From assembly GCF_026210795.1 (NCBI RefSeq), contig NC_089434.1, positions 3,100,001-3,164,000 on the forward strand: DNA of 64,000 nucleotides, read 5' to 3'. The stretch comes from Rhizophagus irregularis. Lineage: Eukaryota. The notes below the pieces were generated by a model that saw only the letters and a list, made by a program, of their open reading frames with translations, made no database searches and was not told the DNA's origin. Made by a program: the position numbers and the translations under genes. Shown here in pieces: positions 10,686-23,863 of the stretch. The number at the start of each line of letters is the position of its first letter. Within the stretch, counting starts at the first letter, position 1.

Positions 10686-13600
10686 CTATAGAAATCGACA
10701 CTCCATCCTGCAAAAGCTGTTATTAAGTAGCACCGTTAGACGACCCATAAAACCCAAAAAGTGATTAAACCAAGGCAAACCATATTTCATTGAGTTCTTC
10801 AACCAATCGGTTCCGGAGTCACGTGAATCGTGTAGGGTCGGAGGTGGTAAAGATGAGTAAGGTATGTACGTTGACAATGGCAAATTAGAAGGCTTCGGAG
10901 TAGTTTTCAACTTATAAGTAATATTCATCGCGTTTTCCCATCTACTTTTCTCATAAGAACGCGGATTCCAAATTCGTTTTCTGAATTTTTGGACAAAATT
11001 ATTATGAATAGCAGCGATAACCTTAATCGCAGAGATTCTTGGAATAGACAAATCGACTAAGATGTCAATAAAAAGTGTAGGTAAACAACCACGGACAAGG
11101 GCGTATGAGGACCAATTTGTAGAAGAAAAGGACCAGCATGAAAGAGAAGTGAGTTTAGCAATAAAGGGAGTAGGATCAATATTAGCCAATTTTCCAGCTT
11201 CTTGAATTTTAGAAATCAAATGATTTTGATAAGATTGGAGAATTTGTTGCATGGGTAGACGACGCTTTTTGCACATAAAAAGGTGTATCAGGTCTTCCAT
11301 GCGATCGATACAAGAACGACAAGTTAATTCGTCCATGTATAAGTCTGGTCGAGTCCGCTTAAGCTTTTCCAATGTGGGTAAGTCGTCCAAGAAAAGTTTG
11401 AATTTAAAGGTTAAGTGTCTTGAAGCATGCTCAAGAGTAAAAGATGCATCATGAGAAGGCTTGAAATTCAAGGTAAACCAAGTAAGTTCCCAGTCGACAA
11501 TATATTCTATATTAGATAATAATAAAGAAATGAAGTGAAATCGCGTTAAATTTAACAAATCACGCATTAACTGCGTTTGATAATACTGTTTAAGAAGGTG
11601 TCGTGGATTAGATTCACAAACGGCGTCATTGTCGTAAGTCAAGACGAAATCATGGGCAGAAGCAAGGTCCATTCCAGAAATCAAAATACTGGATGATGCG
11701 GTATGGGCAGTATTGGCCAGGGAGTCAGCAAAATCGTTCAAATAATTGCCAGAATGAGCTTTAACTTTAACAGGAAGAACTGTCAAATTCTTGGTAAGGA
11801 TAGTTCGTTCAATAATGGCCCAAAGTTCAAAATTTGTTGTTTTGTAGTAAAGACGGCTATTTGAGTAGACATAGGAAGAGCAACTTCGAAGGCCATCAAT
11901 GGCAGTTTGCGAGTCAGTATAAATAGTAACTTCTGAGTCGCGAGGAGAAATGGTTAAAACTGCGTAAATAGCGGCAGCTTCAGCACGAGAAGAAGAAGGA
12001 TTATCTCGAATGATGCCATGTGCATAAGTAGCAATGGAATTAGGAAAACCAGCATCAGGTACGATTTGCATCCAAGACCAGCCCATAGAGACATTAGGAG
12101 TGCCTAGATTTATAAGAGACCCATCAGTGAAAAAGATATAACGTGAGTCTGAAGACACAACCAACGGCGAATTTGCAAAAACAGCAGCAGCTGAGGATTC
12201 AATAGTGATAAGAGGAGCGGAAACTTCAACAATATCGTCAGAAGGAGAGTCAAAATCAAAATCCAATCGACTGTAATAAAGACGGACACCATCTTCTATA
12301 TCAGCCCAGGTAAAAGGAGAGGATACTGCAGAAGTATTACGTCTAATGCGCTCATTGATGGTGGGCAGAATAAGCGAATGTTGTAGAGAAACCGTAGGCG
12401 TACAAAGGGTTAAATCAGCATTCCGTTTTTGGAAGGAGGCAAAGGAGTATGAGCAGCACAACCAGGGCAAGGAGAGAGTTTAATGAGATCACCAGGCGAA
12501 GATTCACAATCAGGAGAGACCCAGTGAACAATAGAACAAGTACCACGACTTGCTTGAACTAAAAGTTGTTTGCCAAAGATGGGAGAACCGTAGTCATCTA
12601 ACGTGACAATCCAATTTTTCGTAGTGGTAGGAGAGGACAGGCAAGGAGTCAATTCATAAAAGGAAGAGTCAATCGTTGGCGTAGTAATGAACTGGGTCAG
12701 CAAACGATTGTTGGTGTCAGGAATGGTAGTAGCTTGCTGGATATCTTTATACCAATAAGGAATACAGCCAGGGCCACGTCGTCCAACCAAATTGTCATAG
12801 TAGGCTTTCCAAGAAATTAAATGAGTCCCTTGGGGAGTAACAAGCTGAGATAGATAAAACAAATGCCGTTTTCGCAATATAGGGAAATATGCTTTAAACG
12901 CTTTAGGTGTCATGCATTCAAATAAGGGAACGCGTCCATCCATCAAAGTCAGGTTCGGAAGCTTCGAAAGTTGAGTATGAAGCAAACGAAAAGGAGTAGA
13001 GGATAAGAGAGTAATAGTGCATGCGATATAATCTTTCTTAAAAGAAAAAAGAGAAGACCATATAGACCAATCCTTAATTAAAAGGGGAGAAGTAGGAATT
13101 AAAAAATTATATTGAATCAAACTCAATCTATAAATAAAAAGAGATTGAATAAAAGAAAAGGAAGAATTAGCCATTAAAAATAAATTAGTAATATGACATT
13201 GTCGTTGATGAGCAAATAAATTTATCAAGCCCAAGGCTTGAGATAAAAATAAAATGGGATTTGGTAAAGAGCGAGAAAAATTTGCTTTGTGCTTTACAAC
13301 AGATCGTATACTTCTCGTTATTAGGTGGCAGTCAGATTCAGACAAGTGAGTAACTTGCATCCGGTATTCAAGTTTCGGTATAAGGACAGCATTATGTAAA
13401 TAAACAACTTGTTTGGATGAGAGCTTTGCAGGGCGGATGGTTGCAGCGAAGGAGCAGCATTCGCGTTTGAGTTGTTTCTTGACAAAATCCCGGGAGCTTT
13501 TAATGTTAAACCAAACACCTAAAAAACGAAAAGAAGTTGTCATAGAAATTGGGGTAATGGTAATAGAAGGAACACTATTTAATGAGGATAAATCTAAATT

Positions 13601-16307
13601 AAAAGTAATAGGAGATAAAGTGGAATTCGAAGTCAAAGGCAACGAATTAGTAATTAACACATATTTGTTATGATTAGCAGAAGTGTTATTAATTTGATAG
13701 AATTCTTCTGTAATGGATAACATAAATTCCATGCCAGTCTTCGACGAGGAAATAAGAGTAGAGTCATCCATAAATACTAAATTATTAATCTTCAAATCGG
13801 AAGAAGGATTCGGAGAATCAATTAAGGATGGTGTAGAAAGAACATAAGGGTCCATCATTTCATGCTTCAAGACAGTAAGTAAGGGATCAATATAAATAAC
13901 CCATAAGAGAGGAGAAATAACTTCGCCTTGGTCAATACCAATGCGAACCCTATAAGCAGGCGTGGATCCATGAGCAGTGAAAATGCTATTAATGCGTTTT
14001 GTGAAAAGGGAAAGAATAAACTTAATAGCAGAAGCTGGAAGACGTATTCGTTCTAAAGCGAAACGTAACATTGTCAAATCAACTGAGTCAAAAGCTTTAG
14101 AAATGTCTTGAGAGAGAATCCAAAGTGGGTTTTTGTTGACATCAGCATCATGGATAATAGATTCTAGAGTAATAATAGGGTCGCGGCAAGAACCACCAGG
14201 AAGACCAGCGAAGTTACCACCTTTAAGAACATCATGTGTAGCCATAATAGTAGAAAGGTGATTATAAAAGAGTTTGACAAGAGATTTTCTAATCACTTCA
14301 AGTAAAGTAATAGGACGAGTATTTTTCAATTGACATTTCCATTCGTGAGGTTTGGGAATGGGAAAAACCATTGCCTGTCGCCATAAGTCAGGAATATCAG
14401 CATTGGAAAGGCAAGCTTGAATTAAAATAAGGAGTAGAGCCGAACGAGAACAAGGTGTTTGAGCATTTCATAAGTGATCGTGGAAGGACCTGAGGCTTTA
14501 CCGTTAGGAGTAGAAGAAACGGTGGTTAACCATTCGTCAAGGGTAGGGGGATTCATTAAAGAATCATAGATGGAGGAGGGCACATCAACCATAGGTTGGT
14601 AAACAGAAGACCATCTATCAGGTAATGTATCTACAGATACAGGAGGAGTGGATTTTATAGGTACAAAGTTTTGGAAATGGTTAACAACAGCATCGTCTAT
14701 ATCCTTGGGAGCAGTTAATAACTGAGGGTGAGTGGAATGATCAACAAAGACACGATCCAAAGTGATACGGCGGCGAGTGCGAGAAAGCGCTGAATCAATG
14801 AAAGAGGAAAGGTCAGTTTCAAAATTATTGTTCCTATCGTCCAAATGAGCACGAATGGAGGAATCTTGGAATTCTTTTTCTTGAAGTAAATGAAATCCCC
14901 GTAAGGATTTTGAAATATTGGATAAATCATCAAGAAGTGACTTGAAATCATCTTGTCGACATGATGAGAGAGAAGAGGGCAAAGTAGAACGAAAGTAAAT
15001 ACTTTCTTATATAATTGCAAAATGTTTTGAAGTCTGATTAAATGAATAGACCACTTATGTTCATGAGCGGCAGAATAAGTTAAAGGATATTTGCGCAATA
15101 AACGTATTGAATGCATAAGGCGATTTAAAAACCGATAATGTTGGGTTAAAATTTCCAGATCTTTAGGAGCCTTAGGAGTATAATTATTGCCAACAGTGGA
15201 AGAAGGTAGTGTAGCATTGGCAGCTTTAAGAATTCGTGATTGGAGATATTCGCACATTTGATTGATATGCCAGGAGGAAAAGGTTGAAGGTGAGACGTCA
15301 CATAAAGCATCAGCTTTATCAGCAAATTCCGTCCATTGAATTTCAGTTACAGAATCAAATTTGAAGACGCGACGGGTTCGGCGCTTAAGTTGTCGAGCGC
15401 GAGCCAATTTGGTAGAGGCAAAAAGTAAAGACATATCATAGTATGTTATGACGGGGTTATGATCAGATGTGCAAACATCTTGAGCATTAAAAATGCAAGC
15501 AGTAAGAGCAAATCCTTTGAGAAGAGGGCAGGACCATACATAATCAACACGAGTAATGTGGTCATTGCGATGAAAGGTACCTAAGGAGTCGGAAAGATTA
15601 ATAGGAGTATAGTCTTCATATCCGTGAGAGAGGAGATGAAAAAATAATCGGTGAATATGTTTTGAAGCAACTTGAGGTTGATTGAAGTAAATAGGGTAAT
15701 ATTTGTCTAAATGCATATTAAAATCGCCACAAACAGCATGGTAAAAACCAGCATGTTTAGTAAGGGTAAGTTGTTGAATGAGCAAATCAATAGTATCAGT
15801 GCGCAGAACACTTTCAGCAGGGGGAGGGATATAAATAACAAATATACGCAATTTAACATTGCCTTTGAAATATAAATCAACAGAAAGTAACCGTGAAGAA
15901 TGGGATTTAAAATCTTGAACATGTGAAGCAAGGGAATTTTCTATAAAAAGAGAAACACCCCCAGAAGAGAGAATTTGTTTAGAAGTATCCAAATTAGAAG
16001 AGAACACAGTATAATTAGAAATACGTTTGGATAAAAACTTCATTTGTTTAGGGTGAAGATGGGTATCCACGATACCACCAAAGGAAATATGTTTTAAGGA
16101 AAAGAAAGTAGAAATTTCTTCTAATTTAGTCTGACCATACATTTTAAGGCCATTAACATTAAAGGAAGAAATATTAAATGAATTGGGGATAGGGGAAGTG
16201 TTACTGGAAGAGGAAAATAACGATTCATGCGAAAAAATTTCAGTAACATTGTCAGGGTTGGGAGGGTTTCGTACAAAGGTATCATAATTAAAATTATTGT
16301 CCGACAT
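10686..16307 (-). pseudogene. LINE ORF2: AP endonuclease, reverse transcriptase, RNase H and C-terminal Cys/His motif, split by about three frameshifts
   Basis: APE: SFNVNGL, CGDFN, RVDYVW, SDHNPV. RT: KASGP, RPITLLE, DISKAFDSV, QGEVISPLL, FMDD, FLGVWF. RNase H: FTDGS, RAEAAAI, YTDSQ, KVKAHSGNYLNDFADSLA. C-terminus: CRSC..EDLIHLFMC. Confidence 0.93.
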
Positions 16308-16357
16308 TAAAACACAATGATATAAACAGTCGGGGAGATAAGATTTGAAGAAGAAAA

Positions 16358-18466
16358 TTAAATAGAAGAAGCTGAATCAGCTTGTTCTAGGGGAGCACCA
16401 CCAATAGAGCTAATGAATTGTTTGATATGACCAGTAAGTTGGTCCAATTTACTTTCAATAACGACTCTACTATTTTTGAGATCATTAATTTCTTCTTGCG
16501 TGGAGGAGATAGGGGTAAAAGGAGGAGCATTTGGAGAAAGGTGAGAAGAAGGAAGTGATGTGTCAGGAATAATAGTGAATGTAGGCGAAGGTCGCGTTAA
16601 AATGCTTTTGGGGGCGAGTGAAGATTTAGCGGAAAACTGAATATTAAGCGGAACATGAGTTACAGGGGCATCTTCTTGCATGAGGTCCGGTTCAGGTTCA
16701 TTGGGCACGGGAAGTGGATCGAGGCCAAGGTGTGATTCAATACGAGTCATCCGTTGGTCAGCAAGTTGAGCGGAGATGCGTTTGTGAAAGTTGGCAACTT
16801 TACATTGTAATTCTCGCAAAAGGTTTAAAATGTTATTAGCATCATCAGGAGATAATGCAGAGTTAGGAGTTTGTCGGGGTAAGGGACGTGCTGTAGAATG
16901 AGAAGAGGAAGAAAAGGAGACCGATCGTTCTTTGCTATTATGGCGGGCACGTTGAGAGGTATTGGGAGGGGGTTTGTTATGATTATAAGCATTATTAGTG
17001 CGGTCGTGGGAAACGTTATTGTTATTGGCTCGTCCAGAATTGGAAACAGATCGATCTTTAGATTTGGAGCGAGATCGAGAGCGAGAACGTGCATTGGCAG
17101 TGTTAGAATTGGAGCGATGAGGTTGATTAACATTAAATCGTTCTTTGAGTTTTGCAACAGGGTGCAGCCTGCGACTTCTACCTCTGGTTTGTTTGAGTGG
17201 GCAAAAATTTGGAGCACAACCTAATTTGCCACATCTGTGACAAAGTTTGTTAGTATTATCTGGGGAGGACCAGAAAAGCACTTTGCCTTGGAAGCTGACA
17301 GTTTGTTCCATAGCAGCATCCATAGTTTCTTGGGAATTGAAGGTGACATAAGCCCATCTTTTGGGCTTGTAAGAGTTTAGAAAGCGGCACATTGACAGCT
17401 TTAGCGCCAAGGCTACGAGTAAGGGGAGCCAAATTGATATCCTTAACATTGGGGGGAAGTTGAGTGAGGGTGGCAACGTATTGACGGCGCGCAGCCTTTT
17501 GATCCACAGTATAAAAACATGGAGTAATTCTGAGGCAGGTGGAGAAACAGTACACAGCCCATTGGTCGGTAAAACGAGCAATAGAATCAGCGTGATCATA
17601 AACAATGCGGGCTTGCTGAACTTTGGCATTAGGCCTGGAGAAAAGGCGGCAAGAGGTGATATTACCAAATTTCTTAAAATAAGCCATGAGGTTGTCTTTT
17701 TTAATGAAGAAAGGGATATCGGTAACTTGGATAGCCCGGAGATCTTCATTGGATCGGAGTTGGCGAGGGTCGTATGCATGAAAGATTAAGTCGGGGAACT
17801 CGGGATGGGTGGAACGAACGCACAAATCGCGTGCTTCAGCTGTATGGAAGTGGATAACGAGGCGTTTGGCTTCGCCAGAGCCAGTCATACGTGCTTTTCC
17901 AGTAAACGACTCGTAAGTTTCTAAAAAAAGGTTATTAACAGCCTCAATAAGGGCTTTGTTAGTAGGGAATTTCTTAAGAGATTCAGGGGCAGCATTCGGT
18001 GCAGCCGCAGCCTGAAAATCTTCTCTGGTTATGGCGAGGGTCACCACTGGATCTGGAGTATGATCGTCATCTGGAGCACCATTGGTATCCAAATTGGGCG
18101 CGCGTTAGGGGGTTGTTGCAAGTCTTTGTTTAAAGGTGCGTACGTGGACGCGTCCACATTTCCAGAAGACGCGACGTGACTGGGCGCAGTTGGCGCAGCA
18201 GATTTTTTCGGGGAGGAGGTCGAAGTATTTTCACCAGAGATATTTTGTTGAGGAGAAGAGAAAAATCCATCTACTCCAACGTCAGCCGTCTGGTCATCGG
18301 CAACGTAGTCTTCTTCCATAGAATTTTCGGTAATCGTACGATTACGTTTCTGCTGGACAGTGTTTTCGACCATCGAGCTTCGAGTTATCAGAGTTATTAT
18401 TTTTTCGTTCTTGACGGGAAGCTTTCCTACTATTAGGGTTATGACTTCCACGGCCTCTCTTGGCAT
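16358..18466 (-). pseudogene. LINE ORF1 (gag-like): two RRM-like segments, zinc knuckle, RS-rich tract and coiled coil; frameshifted
   Basis: IQVTDIPFFIKKDNLMAYFKKFG; RWAYVTFNSQETMDAAM; CHRCGKLGCAPNFC; RSRSRSRSKS; fragments 18041..18466, 17256..18092, 16358..17779. Confidence 0.85.
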
Positions 18467-18609
18467 AGTTACCAGACATAGTAGAGGGCTTTAAGTTGGG
18501 AATATATAAAATATAAAATTTATTTGTAGCTTGTATTATTATTTTAAAAATAATAAAAAATTATTTTCGTCGAAAATTTCGTTTTTGAAAAATTCAGGAG
18601 AGAGTTACT

Positions 18610-18950
18610 ACTGGTCAAAAACTAATATATCGGGTAGCAGATATGTATCAGATATGTACCTGATATGTGTAGTATTAATGCTGAAAATCGGGTACCCGAT
18701 ATGTGTAAGATATGTGTAAATATATATATCATATACATATCGGGTACCGATATGTATATGATATATAAATAATATGTAGACGATATATATATTTACACAT
18801 ATCTTACACATATCAGGTACCCGATTTTCAGCATTAATACTACACATATCAGGTACCCGATTTTCAGCATTAATACTATACATATCAGGTACATATTTGA
18901 TACATATGAGTAACATATCTGCTACCTGATATATTAGTTTTTGACCAGTA
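18610..18950. mobile_element. Palindromic MITE with CACTG-like termini (CACTA/EnSpm-like); original left end at 10412, split by the LINE
   Basis: actggtcaaaaactaatatatc...gatatattagtttttgaccagt; internal inverted and direct gggtacccgat repeats. Confidence 0.8.
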
Positions 18951-19902
18951 TTATGGATTATAATTTATAATACCCTTCCTATATATAGTACTCCTTAAAA
19001 AAAAAGTCACATTCTTCATTAATTTTATTATTTAAATAATTCAACAAATATTTAGATGAGATGTGTAATAATATTTAATTATTTTATAAGTTTTAAATAT
19101 CTTCAATTAGTAGTAAAAATTTGCGTAATAGAAGATATAGAATTAAACCTTTAAAATTTGCAATCTAAATTTCATTATTCAAAATACTTGTATATTTAAT
19201 TTTAATTTCCTATTATTATTAATAAAAATAAATAATAATAAAAGGTAAATAATTTTAAAAAAGTTTAATGCATTTTTTTTTGGAAGCTATTGTATTTTTT
19301 TTTCATAATTATCAAATAATCTGATCTTATTTTTTTTTTTTTTGCTGCAGTATATTCAGTAGTTTATTAAAAAAAAATCTTATCTTTTTATTGTATTTAT
19401 TATTATAAAACATATTATTATTATTCATAAAATATGTGAAACAGTTAATTTTTATATAATAAAGAAGTACAATTATTTTGTATAAAATAGTACAGTTAAT
19501 TCTTTTTATAGTTAACTCTATTATAATATGATATTATCCTATATAATTACCTTAGTTAAGTGTTCTAAATTTTTATATATAATAACTATTACATTTGTTT
19601 TTAAAAATTATATATATATGTGATTATAAAAAGATATTTATTAAAATATAATTATTCTAAAATTTAATAATCAGATTTCAATATTTTTTAGCTTATTGGA
19701 TTCATTTTGTTAAAAGAAATCAAATGATAGTAATTTTATAGTAATTAGATTAATATTAACTGAATAATTCAATTTTAAAGATCAAATTAGCATTTTATAT
19801 ACTGTATGTAAAATTTGTATAATATTAAATATTTTAACTTTATTTAATTAATCCAAGTTCTAGAATAAGTGCTGTCAGAATTATATTTATAATTACAATA
19901 TA

Positions 19903-20074
19903 CAGTCAAACCTTGATATAGCGAACCCTTGATATAGTGAATTTTTTAGACAACTATAATAAATTTCCCTTTGCTATAATGAATTAACCAATCAAATCTC
20001 TTAAAATCTTCACTATAACCTTATAGTGAAGTTAAGGTCTGGACCCTAGAATTCATTATAACAGGGGTTGACTG
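19903..20074. mobile_element. Tc1/mariner-type MITE (CAGTC...GACTG, TA TSD)
   Basis: ta|cagtcaaaccttgatata ... tataacaggggttgactg|ta. Confidence 0.8.
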
Positions 20075-20384
20075 TATACTGTAATGCTGTAATTATACAT
20101 GAAATTGAAATTAGTTAATTTTGACCGCTGAAATGGTTGAAATGGTTCAATTTGGGCTTTCCAAAAATTGAAATGGTTAAAATTACATCATAGTTATATG
20201 ATTTTATAGTAAACAATAATATTAAAATTCAAAGTTAACAAACTCTGTATTCAGTGATTCGATTTTTATGATCATTATACGGTTGGATTTAGCTCATTGA
20301 GAGGATTCCAATAATATGTATTTCATATTTGCAGCATTAATATTGATGGAGTTATTCACATTTAAAATATTATATTTAATTATA

Positions 20385-21341
20385 TGGTCCAGTGCAAAAA
20401 GATTTGTACATCACTAAAAAAGGACAAGATTTACGCCAAAGAAAAATTTTGTAAAACTAAACATAACGGGCTGAGATTTACATATTTATTAGTAAATAAT
20501 TGCCCGAATTTGCTGATAAAAATTTTTTTTATTGTATGATACTTTCTTCTTCCTTAAAATGAAGTGGCATACCACTAACAGACAACGAAAAACTAATGAA
20601 TATAAAGTATGCATAATTATCTTTCAAAGGCTAATTTTACAAAAGAAAGTCATCTGGAGCTTAAATTACGCAAGTAAGTTGCTGAAACACTAATTGTACC
20701 AAGGGTACAGTTGGGAGCATTGCATTAGACTGGAATAAGTATAGTGATTGCACATTTACACCACATAAAACACTTTGGATGGCCTAATCCAACTTCAAGC
20801 ATGAAAAACTGGAAGTCAATATTGTTTTTCAAATAAATTACAAAAACTAGAACTATTGGAGCTGGTTTAAATGCACAAGAAAATGATACTATTTTCTTGC
20901 ATTAAAATAGCAAAACAATATGATCATGAAGTTTTTATATGTTACCTATTATTATGAACTACAGCCAATTGAAGGTGTTTAAGCAGTTGTAAAAGGTGAA
21001 ATTGTAAGATCCTAAATTATTGCCTGTTTGAAATACACTTTTAAATGCATTAAAAAATGAAGTTCAACTTAAAGATTATAATGAATTTTAGAAAAAAGTG
21101 CTTAAAATACCAAGGCATATTTTAGTATATTTTGAGGCTAATGAAAATGTCCAATTAATTAATAAAGAATCTAATAATTATAGTGAATCTGATGGTGATG
21201 CACAATTTGGTGTAATAATGATATTATAATATTTCCGAATATATACTAATAAGATTTATATAAAAAAAAATGAAATTTAATTTATTAAAAAATTTTTTAT
21301 TGACATTTATTTTGATGTACAAATCTTTTTGCACTGGACCA
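20385..21341 (+). mobile_element. Decayed Tc1/IS630-type transposon with TIRs and a transposase relic, nested in an older foldback element (~20180-21375)
   Basis: TIR tggtccagtgcaaaaagatttgtacatca / tgatgtacaaatctttttgcactggacca flanked by TA; relic LP..yELQPIEGV*AVVKGE at ~20941-21000 matches the DDE_3 LPxYSPELNPIExxW motif. Confidence 0.8.
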
Positions 21342-22856
21342 TAATTATAAAAATCATATGACTATGATGTAATTTCAATCATTTCGACTTTAATTTTGAC
21401 TTTTAACCTTTCCAAGTCAAAATATTTCTACTTTTGGACTTTAATTTTGACTTCATTTATAGCTGTAATTAAATATTATAAATTGTAAATTGATTTAAGT
21501 AAAAAGAATAAATATATTTTAAAATATTTTTATAATTATTTGCTAAATTAGCTTGCTTATTTGAAGTATCATAAGGCCAGTATTTTATACAATAAGTATA
21601 TTTTACTAAAAAACAATCAGCAGATTTAAGAAATGTTTTTTTGAAATACTTTTATATTTCACTTTAAAGTCAACTATTTAGATTTCTTTTTTTCTCATTA
21701 GATATATTGATTTTAAATTTGTTTGTTAATTTATTAAAAAGTTTTCTTTATAATATAATATATATGATATACTTATTACAAAATATCTATAATATAGAAG
21801 TACATTATTATATATATAATATATATAATATATTCATTAATTATTATATTATAATAACTATATATTTAGAATTTTAGAAAAATTTTTATTTCAAACTAAA
21901 TGTTTTTGATTATCTATATGGATTTATATGATAAACTGATATAATATCTATATTTAATTTCATCATCATATAATAAAAGGTTTTAGTTTTACCCAGTATT
22001 ATTAAATTAATAAAGCTATATATATCACTTTTGTATTTCTAATTTTTAAAATATTTAATATCAAAATTATATAAAATTTTATAAAAAAATATACAATAAA
22101 AGAAATAAACAATATTTTTAAATATTTTATTTATAATTTTTTTATTAAGATCTTGTAAAAAAAAAAGTGTAAGTTTTTAATTTTCTATTATATATCAAAT
22201 GGTAAAAATATATGAAAATTAAAAATAAGTAACTAGTAATTCTATTTAAATAAAAAAAACTTTACTTATATAAAGCTAATATACACAACTTTAACTTTTA
22301 AAATCAGTTACTCTTTTATATATATATTTTAAGAAAATAATTTACTTATCTATTCCAATTTTAGTTTATTTACAATTAATTCTTTCTATAATCACAAATT
22401 TCAGAACTACTTACAGTATACTTATTAATAAAGTTTTTGCAATATAACCACACATATATAAACTTTGGTATTAGTATAATTATAGAAAAAATTTATATAA
22501 AATACTTTATTAAATTATTTTTTAAAAAATAATATTTAGATAAATAAATGATATATTTGAATTTAAAGAAGTGACTATATTTGGTGTAATTATAGAAAAG
22601 ATTTATCAACTGTATATATAAAATATAAATTAAATTATTATAAAAGCCTTATAAATAAAAAAAAGGTCAACCTTCTAATTATTTACTTATTAGAAAAACT
22701 ACCATCCATTTTGAATAAAAAATGATTTATTGATTTGCTTTCTTTAATGCATTAACAAATGATAGTCTTTACATACAAGTTTTTTATTTTTCCATAAGCT
22801 TATACTAGGCTATTATTTATATCACTTTTGCTATTATAATAACTAGAATGTATTAT

Positions 22857-23156
22857 CAGGACCCCGGATATCTAATATAAAGGTCATAATGGACTTTTGG
22901 CCAAAAACACCCCTTTTTGCTGAAACTCAAAAAATCGTTTTTTGTAAATATCTCAGCATCCAGTAATTCAATTTTAATGAACTTTTTTTTATTTTGTAGC
23001 CCTCATTTAGCTCTACAATTTAAAAAAAAAGGTCATCAAAATTGGACCCCTGGATGCCGAGATATTTACAAAAAACGATTTTTTGAGCCCCTGAAAAATG
23101 GGCCAATCTGCCGAAAGTGTGACTTATGACCTGTTTTGGAGATATCCGGGGTCCTG
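22857..23156. mobile_element. MITE with CAGGAC...GTCCTG termini and 6-bp TSD (tattat)
   Basis: caggaccccggatatct / agatatccggggtcctg; tattat at 22851-22856 and 23157-23162. Confidence 0.9.
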
Positions 23157-23863
23157 TATTATCAGTTATTCTAATAAAGAAATTAACTTGATTTAATTTA
23201 AGAAACCATATATTGAATAGATAATTTTAACAGGAGTATTTCCATTTATTCAAATAGGTATAATATTTTAACAAAAAAAATGACCAACTTCAACAGAATA
23301 ATATTATATAAAGAATTAAATTATACATTTGTTAATAAGTATTATTATTTAAATTTTAAATACATGATTTTATTATTTTAAAAAAAATTGACATAATTTT
23401 TAAATTTTGAAAGTTTTAAGATTTTAATATGCTATCTAATGCAAGAATAATTTTTTTAATTAAAACATAATAACTCGTAATAGTTAATAAATAAGAATAT
23501 AATTTATAAATAAGAAATATATACTATAAATAAGAATAAATCATTCGCTAAAAAAAAAATAAAAAAATAAAAATTTTGATAATCACAATATTATTAGTCT
23601 GCCAAAAAATTTTGGGAGGAATAAGGTAAAAAATGATAAGTTAATAAAAAAGAAATTATCTAATTATATATACATAATGTAGAGAGAAAAATATATATAA
23701 AATGGAAAATAGCAATAAAAATAATAAAAAAATAAAAATAAAATAAAAATAAAAATAAAATGATGTAATGTGTAAGAAATAAAATATTCTATATACAGAA
23801 ATTTTTCAATGATTTCATTTCCGAAGTCTAATTATTATATTGCCGCAGTATTAAATTATGATA

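Larger units (their letters stand above)
10428..18609 (-). mobile_element. Full-length non-LTR retrotransposon (LINE), 8182 bp, two ORFs, RNase H-encoding, 15-bp TSD
   Basis: actggtcaaaaacta at 10413-10427 and 18610-18624; ORF1 plus APE-RT-RNase H ORF2; visibly more GC-rich than the flanks. Confidence 0.95.

Noticed and set aside
11251..18436. Short alternative-frame and antisense ORFs within the LINE
   Set aside because: Shadows of the main ORF1/ORF2 frames with no independent motifs.
18531..18916. ORFs 18531..18719 and 18608..18916
   Set aside because: They derive from the palindromic MITE and LINE 5' UTR.
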